A stretch of DNA of 64,000 bases, from the NCBI GenBank assembly GCA_017987575.1, contig JAGNTK010000001.1, positions 46,160 to 110,159 on the forward strand, read 5' to 3'. This document shows, in pieces, positions 20,614 through 30,590 of the stretch. The DNA comes from Novosphingobium sp. (lineage in GTDB: Bacteria; Pseudomonadota; Alphaproteobacteria; Sphingomonadales; Sphingomonadaceae). The notes under the pieces were generated by a model. It ran no database searches. It saw only the letters and a program-made list of their open reading frames with translations, and was not told the origin of the DNA. Within the stretch, counting starts at the first letter, position 1. Every line of letters starts with the position of its first letter. Position numbers and translations under genes: made by a program.

Positions 20614-21783
20614 ATGGACCGCATTCCAATTCCCGAACGGCCCGACTGGCGTACCGTTGCCCGTGACAATGGCTTTACCTTTCACCATGTCGGCGGCCAG
20701 AAATACTGGGATGAAAGCGCCTATTGGCGAGTTAGTCTGCGCGAGCTGGAACGCGAGATCGAGGATCCCAGCGTCGAACTCTACGCAATGTGTCTGGCAT
20801 TGGTGGATGACGCGGTCCGATCGCAGGAACTGATGGAGCGGCTGGCGATCCCGGCACAATTTCACGATGCGGTGGCCAATTCATGGTTCGGCGGGGCGCC
20901 GTCGCTCTATGGCCGGTTCGATTTTGCCTATGATGGAACTGGTCCAGCCAAGCTGCTGGAATTCAATGCTGATACCCCGACCAGCATCTACGAGACGGCG
21001 TTTTTCCAGTGGCAATGGATGGAAGATGCGATCGCGCGCGGACTGCTGCCAGCAAGTGCAGACCAGTTCAACCGTTTGCACGAAGCCTTGGTTGAACGGA
21101 TGGCCGCGCTTTTCACACCCGGCAGCCATGTCCATTTTTCAGCGGTCGAAGAATCGATCGAAGACCGCCAGACGGTGCTCTACCTTGAGGATATTGCCAC
21201 ACAGGCCGGACTCAATCCGCAATTTGTGGCGGTCAAGGCGGTCGGAACCAATCAAGCCGGGCAGCTGATCGACGATCACAACCAATTGATTGGTGCGCTT
21301 TTCAAACTCTACCCTTGGGAAGCCTTGATGCGATCGGCCTTTGCTGAACAGCTGACACGGTCTTCCACCCTGTTTCTTGAGCCGCTGTGGAAAGCGATCC
21401 TGTCCAACAAGGCAATCCTGCCGCTGTTGTGGGAACGGCACCGCGGCCATCGCAACCTGCTGCCCGCCGCATTTCTGGGCACCGCAGAGGCCGATGCGAT
21501 TGCAGCGACCCCGCATGCCATAAAGCCGTTCTTCTCGCGCGAAGGGGCTGATATCGAACTGTTTGACGGTCAGCGTCGGGTGCGCGGTCCAGCCGAAGGC
21601 TATGGCGCAGAAGGCCGGGTCGTTCAGGCTTTTGCACCGCTGGCCCGGTCAGGCGACAACCACGCTGTAGTAGGTAGCTGGATCGTGGGCGATGATGCCG
21701 TCGCCATGTCAGTGCGCGAAGATGCCAGCCCAATTACCCGCGATCTCGCGCGATTTTTGCCCCACGCGATCATCGGCGATTGA
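20614..21783 (+). CDS. Glutathionylspermidine-synthase-like ATP-grasp ligase (YgiC/YjfC family)
   Basis: ERPDWR, YWDESAY, GRFDF, LLEFNADTPT, FKLYPWE, SNKAILPLLW, KPFFSREG. Confidence 0.9.
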   Translation: MDRIPIPERPDWRTVARDNGFTFHHVGGQKYWDESAYWRVSLRELEREIEDPSVELYAMCLALVDDAVRSQELMERLAIPAQFHDAVANSWFGGAPSLYGRFDFAYDGTGPAKLLEFNADTPTSIYETAFFQWQWMEDAIARGLLPASADQFNRLHEALVERMAALFTPGSHVHFSAVEESIEDRQTVLYLEDIATQAGLNPQFVAVKAVGTNQAGQLIDDHNQLIGALFKLYPWEALMRSAFAEQLTRSSTLFLEPLWKAILSNKAILPLLWERHRGHRNLLPAAFLGTAEADAIAATPHAIKPFFSREGADIELFDGQRRVRGPAEGYGAEGRVVQAFAPLARSGDNHAVVGSWIVGDDAVAMSVREDASPITRDLARFLPHAIIGD

Positions 21784-21846
21784 TTGCTTAAGCGTTCGGT
21801 TAAATCCCCATTGACCTGCGCGGCGCGGTCCCGCAAAGGCGGTGCG

Positions 21847-22737
21847 ATGGAAGCCGAACGTACCCCTGAACAGCTCGTAACCGGGCTCTTGAAACTGCTT
21901 GAGGTCAAGCCTGAGGGCGAAGACCGCTTTGCCGGTCGGCGCAAGCGCGGCGGCGTCGGACGGGTGTTCGGCGGCGAGGTGATTGCCCAGGCGCTCAACG
22001 CAGCCGAAGCGACTGTTGCGGATGACCGCGCAGCCCACTCGCTCCACGCCTATTTCCTGCGTGGCGGCAGCGAAGATCACCCCAGCGACTATCAGGTCTC
22101 GCGCGATTTCGATGGCGGTTCCTTCTCCAACCGCCGGGTCGTGGCCAGCCAGCAAGGCCGCCCGATCCTGAACCTGACCGCCAGTTTTCAGCGGCATGAG
22201 GAAGGCCTGCACCACATCGAGGCCAAAATGCCCGATGTCGCCCCGCCCGAAGAGCTCGAATCCGAAGTGGATGTGCGCCGCCGTTTTGCCGAAACAGCCC
22301 GCCCCGAAGCCCGCCACCATTTCCTCGCGCCGCGCCCGATCGAAATGCGCGCTGTAGAAGGGCGGCACTGGACCAACCCCAAACCCGCCCCGCCGCGCGC
22401 CAATTCGTGGTTCAAGACTGTCGCAGCGCTGCCCGATGATCCGTGCATCCACCGCGCGATCCTTGCCTATGCCAGCGACATGTCGCTGCTCGGCACCTGC
22501 GCCCTGCCCCACGGCCTCAGTTGGGCCCGCGGCGAAGTGGTCAGCGCCAGCCTTGACCACGCAGTCTGGTTCCACGAGCCGTTCCGCGCAGATGAATGGC
22601 TGCTCTATTCCACCGACAGTCCGTGGAGTGGCGGTGGACGCGGCTTTAACCGGGGACAGATCTTTACCCGCGATGGCCGCCTGGTTGCCAGCGTCGCGCA
22701 AGAGGGCATGATCCGAAAGGTGACGCCCAAGCAGTAG
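21847..22737 (+). CDS. tesB: Acyl-CoA thioesterase II
   Basis: VFGGEVIAQAL, HSLHAYFLR, LAYASD, SLDHAVWFH, SVAQEGMIR. Confidence 0.92.
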   Translation: MEAERTPEQLVTGLLKLLEVKPEGEDRFAGRRKRGGVGRVFGGEVIAQALNAAEATVADDRAAHSLHAYFLRGGSEDHPSDYQVSRDFDGGSFSNRRVVASQQGRPILNLTASFQRHEEGLHHIEAKMPDVAPPEELESEVDVRRRFAETARPEARHHFLAPRPIEMRAVEGRHWTNPKPAPPRANSWFKTVAALPDDPCIHRAILAYASDMSLLGTCALPHGLSWARGEVVSASLDHAVWFHEPFRADEWLLYSTDSPWSGGGRGFNRGQIFTRDGRLVASVAQEGMIRKVTPKQ

Positions 22738-22764
22738 TCACCGGATGGAGAGGGATCAGCCAAG

Positions 22765-23952
22765 ATGCGCAAACGCACGATTGTATTGGGGATAGCGGCT
22801 GCTCTGCTGGCCCTGGGTGGTGGCTGGTACGCCAGCCTCGACAAGGAAACCCGCGGGCTGATCGCCGCCATGCCTACCGACCGCGACGTGCTGAGCTGGA
22901 AGCTGGAGCAGCGCGATGCGGCGTTCCGCGCAATGGACCGCCTGCCGGTGCTGGCCAAGGTGAACCAGGCTGAACCTTCGGCCAATCCGCTGCCATTGCC
23001 CCAAGGGGCGCCGCTCGATATCCCGAATGTCGATCAATATATGGCCGGCCAGCGCGCCGCCGGGCTGGTGATCATTCAGGACGGCAAGGTCCGGTTTGAG
23101 CGCTATGGGTTGGGCTTTGACGCTGCGGGCCGCTGGACCAGCTTCTCGGTCGCCAAATCGTTCACCTCGACCCTGGTCGGAGCAGCGATTCAGGACGGGC
23201 ATATCAAGAGCCTGGACGACAAAGTCAGCCAATACATCCCCGATCTGCGCGGATCGGCTTATGACGATGTCAGTGTGCGCCAGCTATTGATGATGAGCTC
23301 GGGCGTGCGCTGGAACGAGGACTATGAAGACCCCAAGGCGGACGTAGCGCAGTTCAACAACGCCAAGCCCGAACCGGGGATGGACGCGACGGTCAGCTAC
23401 TTGCGCAAACTCCCCCGCGCTCACCCGCCCGGCACCGTCTGGCATTACAATACCGGCGAGACCAATCTGGTTGGGGTGCTGGTTTCTTCGGCAGTCAAAA
23501 AGCCGCTCGCGCAGTATCTGCAGGAAAAGATCTGGCAACCGGCCGGCATGGAGGCCCCCGCCACCTGGCTGCTCGGCCAGACCGGGCATGAGATTGCCGG
23601 GTGCTGCATCCAGGCCGCCACTCGCGATTTTGCCCGCTTCGGGCTGTTCGTGCTGGCGAACGGCAACGCCGGAGGCAAGCAGATCGTTCCGACCGACTGG
23701 TTCAGCATGGCGACGGTCAAGCAAAAGGACATTGGTGAGCCGGGCCACGGCTATGGTTTCCAATGGTGGACCTATGATGACGGCAGCTTCGCCGCGCAGG
23801 GTATCTTCGGCCAGGGCATCTTTATCGATCCCAAACGCAAACTGGTAATCGCCAGCAATGCCAACTGGACCCGGGCGACAATGGGGCCTGAGCCCGAGGC
23901 GCGGGAGGCGTTTTACCATAGAGTTCAGGGCTTGATTGACGCCGGGCGATAG
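22765..23952 (+). CDS. Serine hydrolase, beta-lactamase/AmpC-like family
   Basis: Signal anchor, SFSVAKS (SxxK), YNT, GYGFQWW, GIFGQ. Confidence 0.88.
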   Translation: MRKRTIVLGIAAALLALGGGWYASLDKETRGLIAAMPTDRDVLSWKLEQRDAAFRAMDRLPVLAKVNQAEPSANPLPLPQGAPLDIPNVDQYMAGQRAAGLVIIQDGKVRFERYGLGFDAAGRWTSFSVAKSFTSTLVGAAIQDGHIKSLDDKVSQYIPDLRGSAYDDVSVRQLLMMSSGVRWNEDYEDPKADVAQFNNAKPEPGMDATVSYLRKLPRAHPPGTVWHYNTGETNLVGVLVSSAVKKPLAQYLQEKIWQPAGMEAPATWLLGQTGHEIAGCCIQAATRDFARFGLFVLANGNAGGKQIVPTDWFSMATVKQKDIGEPGHGYGFQWWTYDDGSFAAQGIFGQGIFIDPKRKLVIASNANWTRATMGPEPEAREAFYHRVQGLIDAGR

Positions 23953-23956
23953 CACG

Positions 23957-24502
23957 GTGAGCGGTTTTGAGTTCGCCTTCACGCTGTTTGGCCTGCTGTT
24001 GGGCCTTGCCCTGACAGAAGGCTTGAGTGGACTGGCCCGGGCAATCAAGGAAAGGCACCGAGTAAGGATTGGCTGGGCGACTGTATTGCTCGGCCTGTTC
24101 GTCGCCTGCGATGTGGTCAGCTTCTGGATGTACGGCTGGGCCTTGCGTGACCAACTTGAAGTAAGCTGGCCACTGATGTTCGGCGGGTTCCTTGTTACCG
24201 GAGTTTACTTCATCTGCGCCTCAATGGTCTTCCCTGATGACGTAGACACCGACTTCGATGCACACTTTGACCGAATTCGTCCGATTGTGCTGGGCGGTAT
24301 CCTGCTCTGCAACATTGCACTGCTTGGTCTGACGGCTTCGTTGGTCGACATCCTGAGTCTCACCAGTCTACGGGCGATGGTTGTCACCTGGTCGTTCTTC
24401 CCAGCCGCTCTGCTCGGCACGTTCACCCGACAGCGCAAGGTTGCGATCGCCTGTTTGATCTGGCTGACAGCGACCTATCCCATTTCCGCACTGTGGGTTT
24501 GA
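23957..24502 (+). CDS. Hypothetical inner-membrane protein
   Basis: GTG start, MSGFEFAFTLFGLLLGLAL, five to six hydrophobic segments. Confidence 0.7.
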   Translation: MSGFEFAFTLFGLLLGLALTEGLSGLARAIKERHRVRIGWATVLLGLFVACDVVSFWMYGWALRDQLEVSWPLMFGGFLVTGVYFICASMVFPDDVDTDFDAHFDRIRPIVLGGILLCNIALLGLTASLVDILSLTSLRAMVVTWSFFPAALLGTFTRQRKVAIACLIWLTATYPISALWV

Positions 24503-24512
24503 CCAAGCCCGC

Positions 24513-25340
24513 TCAGTTTCCGTCGATCAGGTTGCCCAACTGGCCCAGCACAGAGCCTTCGCCGCGGTTCTGGCCGCCCATGCTGCCCGCTGCGGCCATC
24601 ATCCGTCCGGCGAGCCGTGCGAACGGCAATGACTGAATCCAAACCTTTCCGGGCCCACGCAGCCGCGCAAAAAATACGCCTTCGCCGCCGAACAGCATCG
24701 ATTTGACCCCGCCCGCCGTGATGACATCAAAATCCACCGTCGGGGTATAGGCGGCGAGACAGCCGGTATCGACGTGGAGTTCCTCACCGGGCGCGAGCGT
24801 ACGTTCAACAATGGTGCCGCCCATCTGCACAAAGACCCAGCCATCGCCTTCGAGCTTCTGCATGATGAAGCCTTCGCCGCCGAACAACCCAGTCAGCATC
24901 TTGCGCTGAAACTGGACCCCGATCGAAACGCCGCGCGCCGCTGCCAGAAAGCTGTCCTTCTGACAGATCAGCGTTCCGCCCATGTCGGACAGCTTGATTG
25001 GCAGGATTGCGCCAGGAACCGGGGCGGAAAAGGCGACACGGGCCTTGCCCCGACCTTCGTGGGTGAACACCGTGGTGAACAGGCTTTCGCCGGTGACCAG
25101 CCGCTTTCCGGCCCCCAACAATTTGCCCATGAACCCGCCTTCGGCGCCGCGTCCATCGCCAAATACGGTCGACATAGCGACAGACGAATCCTTCCAGACC
25201 ATCGCCCCGGCTTCGGCAACCGCGCTTTCCCCGGGATCGAGTTCGATTTCGAGGAACTGCAGTTCCTGTCCCTTGATTTCAAAATCGATATCATCGGCAA
25301 CCGATGCGTTGCGGGTGTGGTTCCAGGGATTGGTAGTCAT
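24513..25340 (-). CDS. TIGR00266/AIM24-family protein
   Basis: EIELDPGESAVAEAGAM, TGESLF, CQKDSFL, LFGGEGF, GPGKVWIQSLPF. Confidence 0.88.
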   Translation of the reverse strand: MTTNPWNHTRNASVADDIDFEIKGQELQFLEIELDPGESAVAEAGAMVWKDSSVAMSTVFGDGRGAEGGFMGKLLGAGKRLVTGESLFTTVFTHEGRGKARVAFSAPVPGAILPIKLSDMGGTLICQKDSFLAAARGVSIGVQFQRKMLTGLFGGEGFIMQKLEGDGWVFVQMGGTIVERTLAPGEELHVDTGCLAAYTPTVDFDVITAGGVKSMLFGGEGVFFARLRGPGKVWIQSLPFARLAGRMMAAAGSMGGQNRGEGSVLGQLGNLIDGN

Positions 25341-25376
25341 CTCAGCGATCCTTGTGACGAACGTGCAGGCGAATCT

Positions 25377-27311
25377 TCATCCGCCCGGATGATAGAAGTC
25401 ATAGACAGATTGCGCCACGGTAACACTAACTCCCGGCGCGCGTTGCAAATCCTCCAGCGAAGCCGCTCGCACCCCGCTGGCCGTGCCGAAGTGAAGCAGC
25501 AGCGCGCGCTTGCGGGCAGGACCAACGCCCGGAATTTCATCCAAGGGTGACGCGCTTATCGCGCGGCTGCGTTTGTCGCGGTGGGCGCCGATTGCGAAGC
25601 GGTGGACTTCGTCGCGCAGGCGTTGGAGGTGGAACAGCAGCGGGGCGTTTTCGGGAAGCATCTTTTCGCGGCCATCGGGGAAGTGGAACACCTCGCGCCC
25701 CTCGCGCCCGTGGTGCGGGCCCTTGGCGATGGCGATCAGCGGCACGTCCTCGATCCCCAGCTCCTCCAGTGTATCGCGCGCGGCGCTCATCTGGCCCTTG
25801 CCGCCGTCGATCAGCACCAGATCGGGCCACATGCCGCCATCGCGGTCCGGGTCTTCGTCCTGAGCCCGCGCAAAGCGGCGCTGGAACACCTCGCGCATCA
25901 TCGCGAAATCGTCGTTGGTCTGGGCAGTCTTGATGTTCCACTTGCGGTACTGGCCCTTCACAAAGCCCTCTGGCCCCGAAACGATCATCGCGCCGAGCGC
26001 GGCGGTGCCCTGAATGTGGCTGTTGTCGTAAACCTCGATCCGCTGCGGCGGTTCGGGCAGTTCGAGGAATTCGGCGAGCTCGCGGCCCAGCCGGGCCTTG
26101 GTTCCGCTTTCAGCCGCGCGCCGCTCCAGCGCCTCTACCGCGTTGCGGCTTGCCTGCTGGATCAACCGGCGCCGATCACCGCGCTGCGGGACTGAAATCT
26201 CAACCTTGCCGCCGGCCGCCCCGGCCAAGGCCTCGGCAAGTAGCTTGGCCTCGGCCAGATCCCTGTCGACCAGAATGGTCCGCGGCGGGGGAACCTCTTC
26301 ATAGAACTGCGCGAGGAATGCGGTCAGCACTTCGCCTTCGTCTAGCCCTTCGGTGTGGCTGGGGAAGAACGCACGGTGGCCCCAGTTCTGCCCGCCGCGC
26401 ACGAAGAACGCCTGGATCGCGATATGCCCGCCGCTGGCCGCCACGGCAAAGATATCGGCATTGCCCAGCCCCTCGGCATTGATCGCCTGGCTGCCCTGGA
26501 TGAATGTCGCGGCGCGGAGCCGGTCGCGCAGGATCGCGGCGGTTTCAAAATCGAGCGCCGCCGCCGCTGTGTCCATCTGCTGGTGCAGCTTGGCCTGCAC
26601 ATCAGATGATCTTCCGCCGAGGAAATCCTTCGCCTCAGCCACCAGCTCGGCATAGGCGGCTGGCTCGATCCGGCCAACGCAGGGCGCCGAGCAGCGCTTG
26701 ATCTGATAAAGCAGGCAGGGCCGGTCGCGCCGCGCAAAAAAGCTATCCGTGCAGGATCTTAGCAGGAACAGCTTCTGCAGCGCATTAATCGTGGTGTTGA
26801 CCGAACCAGCGCTGGCAAACGGGCCATAGTAGTTCCCCTTGGCTTTGCGCGCGCCGCGATGCTTGGTGATCCGGGGAAAGTCATGATCGGCCCGCAGCAG
26901 GATGAACGGGAAGCTTTTGTCATCGCGCAGCAGCACGTTGTAAGGCGGGCGATAGCGCTTGATCAGCTGCGCTTCGAGCAGCAGCGCCTCAGCCTCAGAG
27001 TTGGTGGTGACGATAGTCATCGACCGGGTCTGGCTGACCATCCGCTTCAGCCGCAGCGGCAGCCGATCGACCTGCACATAGTTGGCGACCCGGTTCTTGA
27101 GCGCCTTGGCCTTGCCCACATAGAGCACATCACCGCGCGCATCGAGCATCCGGTAAACGCCCGGCCTTGGCTTCAGCGTCGCCTGCACCTCACGAATCGC
27201 GGCCACACCGGCTTCCAGATCAGGCTGGCTGCCTTTGACCGTATAGGTCGCCCGGTCCTCGTTGAAACGGTCAGAGCCGTTAGGCAGATCAGGGCGGTCG
27301 GCGCGGGTCAT
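25377..27311 (-). CDS. uvrC: Excinuclease ABC subunit C
   Basis: GIY-YIG GVYRM..LYVGKA, RIEVYDNSH, LIDGGKGQ, RDEVHRFAI, HhH IPGVG. Confidence 0.97.
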   Translation of the reverse strand: MTRADRPDLPNGSDRFNEDRATYTVKGSQPDLEAGVAAIREVQATLKPRPGVYRMLDARGDVLYVGKAKALKNRVANYVQVDRLPLRLKRMVSQTRSMTIVTTNSEAEALLLEAQLIKRYRPPYNVLLRDDKSFPFILLRADHDFPRITKHRGARKAKGNYYGPFASAGSVNTTINALQKLFLLRSCTDSFFARRDRPCLLYQIKRCSAPCVGRIEPAAYAELVAEAKDFLGGRSSDVQAKLHQQMDTAAAALDFETAAILRDRLRAATFIQGSQAINAEGLGNADIFAVAASGGHIAIQAFFVRGGQNWGHRAFFPSHTEGLDEGEVLTAFLAQFYEEVPPPRTILVDRDLAEAKLLAEALAGAAGGKVEISVPQRGDRRRLIQQASRNAVEALERRAAESGTKARLGRELAEFLELPEPPQRIEVYDNSHIQGTAALGAMIVSGPEGFVKGQYRKWNIKTAQTNDDFAMMREVFQRRFARAQDEDPDRDGGMWPDLVLIDGGKGQMSAARDTLEELGIEDVPLIAIAKGPHHGREGREVFHFPDGREKMLPENAPLLFHLQRLRDEVHRFAIGAHRDKRSRAISASPLDEIPGVGPARKRALLLHFGTASGVRAASLEDLQRAPGVSVTVAQSVYDFYHPGG

Positions 27312-27432
27312 GGCCTTTGATAGGCGCTCCCACTCCGAGACAAAAGCCGCGAGTTGACGGCAATCCCCGGTGTGTTAGCGTGAACAGCGCGCTGCCAATC
27401 AGGCAGGCACAGGACCGAAAGAGAGGGATAGC

Positions 27433-28950
27433 TTGCGGCAACTTCAGGGCATGGACGCCAGCTTCGTTGCGATGGAAACACGTAACTCGCCGATGCACAT
27501 CGGATCGATCCTGATCTACAATCCGGAAACGGCGCCCGGCGGGTTCGTGCGGTTCAAGGATATCCTGGCCTTCATGCACAGCCGAATGCAGCTGTCCAAG
27601 ACCATGCGACAGCGGCTGGTGCGGGTGCCGTTCGATCTCGATTACCCATACTGGATCGAGGACAAGGATTTCGATCTGGAATACCACGTCCGCCACGTCG
27701 CCCTGCCCCGCCCCGGCGACTGGCGGCAGTTGTGCATTCAAGCCGCCCGGATTTTCTCGCGTCCGCTCGATCTGACCCGCCCGCCTTGGGAATTCACGAT
27801 TGTCGAAGGGCTCGACAATATTCTTGGTGTGGCTCCCGGCTCCTACGCGATGGTCACCAAGGTCCACCATTCGGCGATTGACGGGATGAGCGGGATCGAT
27901 CTGATCGAGGCGCTCCACACGCTCGACCCCAATGCTCCGCCGCCCGAAACGCCCGACACCTGGCAAGGTGAGGACGTGCCGAGCTTTGCCCACCTGCTCG
28001 GCAAATCGTGGCTCAACGGGATCGCCAACCCGGTTCGCCAGATGGAAGTCGCAGCCAAGGCCGTGCCGGGGCTGGCGCGGACGATCAAGGGCCTCGCCGC
28101 CAAGGATTTCAACGTCAGCGGCGAAATGCTCGCTCCGCGCACACGGTTCAACGCGGTCATTTCGGCCAACCGGGTGGTTGAGGGCCGCTCACTGCCGCTG
28201 GCCGATATCAAGGCGATCCGCGAGGCTTCGCCCGGAGCCAAGGTCAACGACGTGTTCCTGACCGTGATCGGCGGGGCGATGCGCAAGTACCTGGAGCACC
28301 ACGGCGAGCTGCCCGAGAAGACCCTGACCGCGATGGCGCCGATTTCGGTCCGGTCCAAGGACGAAAAGGGCGATATGGGCAATCAGGTGGCGGCGATGAT
28401 CGCCCCGCTCGGAACGCAAATCGCCGATCCGCTCGAACGGCTCGATTACGTCCATTCGCAAACGGTCAACTCCAAGGCGATGACCGACGCGATCGGTGCG
28501 CGCAACATGACCGAGATGAGCAAGGTATCGCCAGCGCTGTTCATGGCACTGGGCGCGCAGCTCTATTCGCGGCTGCACTTGGCTGATCGGATTGCACCGC
28601 CCTTCACGACTGTAGTCACCAATGTTCCCGGACCGCCGGTGCCGATCTATTCGAGCGGATCGCGGCTGGAAAGCATGATGGGGCTGCTGTGTCTGACTGA
28701 CGGATTGGGTCTGGGCCATGTGGTGCAAAGCTACGTCAAAGAGGCGACGATTGCCTTCACCGCTTGCCGCAGCCTGATGCCCGATCCAGACTTCTACGCG
28801 CAGTGCATCGAAGACAGCTTTGCCGAATTGCGCGACGCGGCACGGGCAGCTCCGGCGGATCGCCAGCCGGTGGTCCACAAACCGGCCAAGGCCAACCCTG
28901 CGGCGAAGAAGGCGGCCGCAAAGCCCAAGAAGGCAGCAAAAAAGAAATGA
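27433..28950 (+). CDS. Wax ester synthase/diacylglycerol acyltransferase (WS/DGAT) with Lys/Ala/Pro-rich tail
   Basis: PMHIG, LDLTRPPWE, catalytic HHSAIDG, TNVPGP; ends KPAKANPAAKKAAAKPKKAAKKK; TTG start behind GAGGGA. Confidence 0.9.
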   Translation: MRQLQGMDASFVAMETRNSPMHIGSILIYNPETAPGGFVRFKDILAFMHSRMQLSKTMRQRLVRVPFDLDYPYWIEDKDFDLEYHVRHVALPRPGDWRQLCIQAARIFSRPLDLTRPPWEFTIVEGLDNILGVAPGSYAMVTKVHHSAIDGMSGIDLIEALHTLDPNAPPPETPDTWQGEDVPSFAHLLGKSWLNGIANPVRQMEVAAKAVPGLARTIKGLAAKDFNVSGEMLAPRTRFNAVISANRVVEGRSLPLADIKAIREASPGAKVNDVFLTVIGGAMRKYLEHHGELPEKTLTAMAPISVRSKDEKGDMGNQVAAMIAPLGTQIADPLERLDYVHSQTVNSKAMTDAIGARNMTEMSKVSPALFMALGAQLYSRLHLADRIAPPFTTVVTNVPGPPVPIYSSGSRLESMMGLLCLTDGLGLGHVVQSYVKEATIAFTACRSLMPDPDFYAQCIEDSFAELRDAARAAPADRQPVVHKPAKANPAAKKAAAKPKKAAKKK

Positions 28951-29903
28951 CCACCCTGCCGCTGGTCGATCCCAGCCTGCTTCCCTTGCTGGAATTCATG
29001 CCCGGCAATGCCTTTACCGCCGATAATCTGGCGCAAATCCGCGAGGTGTCGGAACAGCGCTTTGCCTTTCTGGGCGAACCAGCGCTGAAGCCTGAAATCA
29101 AGGTGATCGACGGCCCCGGCGGTCCGCTGGAGATCTATTGGTATAATCCGCAACCCGGCGCGCAAAACCAGGCGGCGCTGCTGCATATCCACGGCGGCGG
29201 GATGGTGATCGGTTCGGCCAAATCGATGCAGCATGGCCCGGCTGGGACTGCGGCGACGCTGGGCATCCCGGTGGCCTCGGTTGAATACCGGCTGGCGCCA
29301 GAGCACCCCTTCCCGGCCCCGCAGGACGATTGTCTGGCTGGGCTGAAGTGGCTGGCCGATAACGCAGCTGCGCTTGGGGTTGATCCAGCGCGGATCGGCA
29401 TTCTGGGCGAAAGCGCCGGCGGCGGGCTTGCTGCAGCGACCGCGCTGATGGCGCGCGACACGGGCGGGCCCGCGCTCGCAGCACAGTTTCTGGTCTTTCC
29501 GATGCTCGATCACCGCACTGGCAGCCAAGCTTGCCCGTGGGGCAATCCGACCACGGGCGAATTTGTCTGGACGCGGGAAAGCAACCAGTTCGGCTGGGAA
29601 GCCCTGCGCGGCGACTATGCGATCAACGATGCGCGCAAGGGCTGGTTCTCGCCCAGTCTGGCGGACGAACTGGCAGGGCTACCGCAGACCTGGATCGGTA
29701 CCGGCAGCCTCGATCTGTTTGTGGACGAAAACCTTGATTACGCCCGCCGCCTGATCGCCGCGCGGGTGCCGGTGGAGCTACACTCCTACCCCGGCGCGAT
29801 CCATGCGTTTCAGGCGATTGCCGATGGGCATCTGGCCAAGGCCTTTACCCGCGACCTGCTGGGCGCCATCGCCCGCTGGCTGGATATTCCGCCAGCCGGA
29901 TAG
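28947..29903 (+). CDS. HSL-family esterase/lipase
   Basis: HGGG, EYRLAPEHPFP, GESAGG, HAF; ATGA overlap with WS/DGAT. Confidence 0.9.
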   Translation: MTTLPLVDPSLLPLLEFMPGNAFTADNLAQIREVSEQRFAFLGEPALKPEIKVIDGPGGPLEIYWYNPQPGAQNQAALLHIHGGGMVIGSAKSMQHGPAGTAATLGIPVASVEYRLAPEHPFPAPQDDCLAGLKWLADNAAALGVDPARIGILGESAGGGLAAATALMARDTGGPALAAQFLVFPMLDHRTGSQACPWGNPTTGEFVWTRESNQFGWEALRGDYAINDARKGWFSPSLADELAGLPQTWIGTGSLDLFVDENLDYARRLIAARVPVELHSYPGAIHAFQAIADGHLAKAFTRDLLGAIARWLDIPPAG

Positions 29904-29905
29904 CA

Positions 29906-29931
29906 GAAGGGGCGGAGTTATCCGCCCCTTC
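29906..29931. terminator. Hairpin between convergent genes
   Basis: GAAGGGGCGGA-GTTA-TCCGCCCCTTC. Confidence 0.7.
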
Positions 29932-29938
29932 GCTCAAA

Positions 29939-30463
29939 TCAGATTGCCCGCCCGTCAATATTGACGTTGCGGATGCGGCCATCGCGATCGACCGCACAGG
30001 AGAACGAGCTGCCGGTGGTCATACTGCCCATCACCCGCCAACCATCGCCTTCGCGCGCCACCGAGTCGACGTCCTGAACCCGGCTAGACCCGCGTGAGAC
30101 TTCGCTCATGCAGCGATTGATCGCACCGTTGATGTCGCCGCCGCCAGCTGCGCCCTGCTGACCCTGCCATTCGGGCCGCTCATCATCGCGGCTGTAATCA
30201 CGCTGGTCGCGGTTATCGGGATAGCTTTCGTCACGCCGCTCATAGCGGTCGCGTTTCTTGTTGTTGCTGCTGGCGGCGCTGGCGATCGCGGCGATTCCGC
30301 CAATAATCAGGATGCCGGTCAGCACGTCACCGGCATCAACCCGGTCGCGGTGGTGGCGTCCGCCCCAGCCCCAGTTGTGGTTGGCCAGTGCCGGCGTTGC
30401 AACCATCGAAAGCGCGGCGGCAGAAAGCAGCAGCGAGCGAAAACCTGTCGTCTTGCGGTTCAT
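29939..30463 (-). CDS. Hypothetical secreted protein, paralog 1
   Basis: Signal peptide ending PALA, AGDVLTGILIIGGIAAIASAAS segment, R/D-rich linker, two-Cys C-terminal domain. Confidence 0.8.
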   Translation of the reverse strand: MNRKTTGFRSLLLSAAALSMVATPALANHNWGWGGRHHRDRVDAGDVLTGILIIGGIAAIASAASSNNKKRDRYERRDESYPDNRDQRDYSRDDERPEWQGQQGAAGGGDINGAINRCMSEVSRGSSRVQDVDSVAREGDGWRVMGSMTTGSSFSCAVDRDGRIRNVNIDGRAI

Positions 30464-30590
30464 GTCGAGGACCCTCCATTTGGCAAACCGCGGCTAAGCG
30501 CCACAAATGCCTGCCCCATCAGAATAAACGGCTAGGCGGTCCAGGCTTACTCGCGCCTGAACCGCCTTCGCCTATGTCAGAACCCCGGCC

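Noticed and set aside
21788-21803. TTAA-N8-TTAA upstream of tesB as a CtrA site
   Set aside because: Spacing is 8 rather than the canonical 7 nt.
22765-23952. Bona fide beta-lactamase resistance gene
   Set aside because: SxxK and YxT are present but there is no KTG triad; better described as a family esterase/amidase beside tesB.
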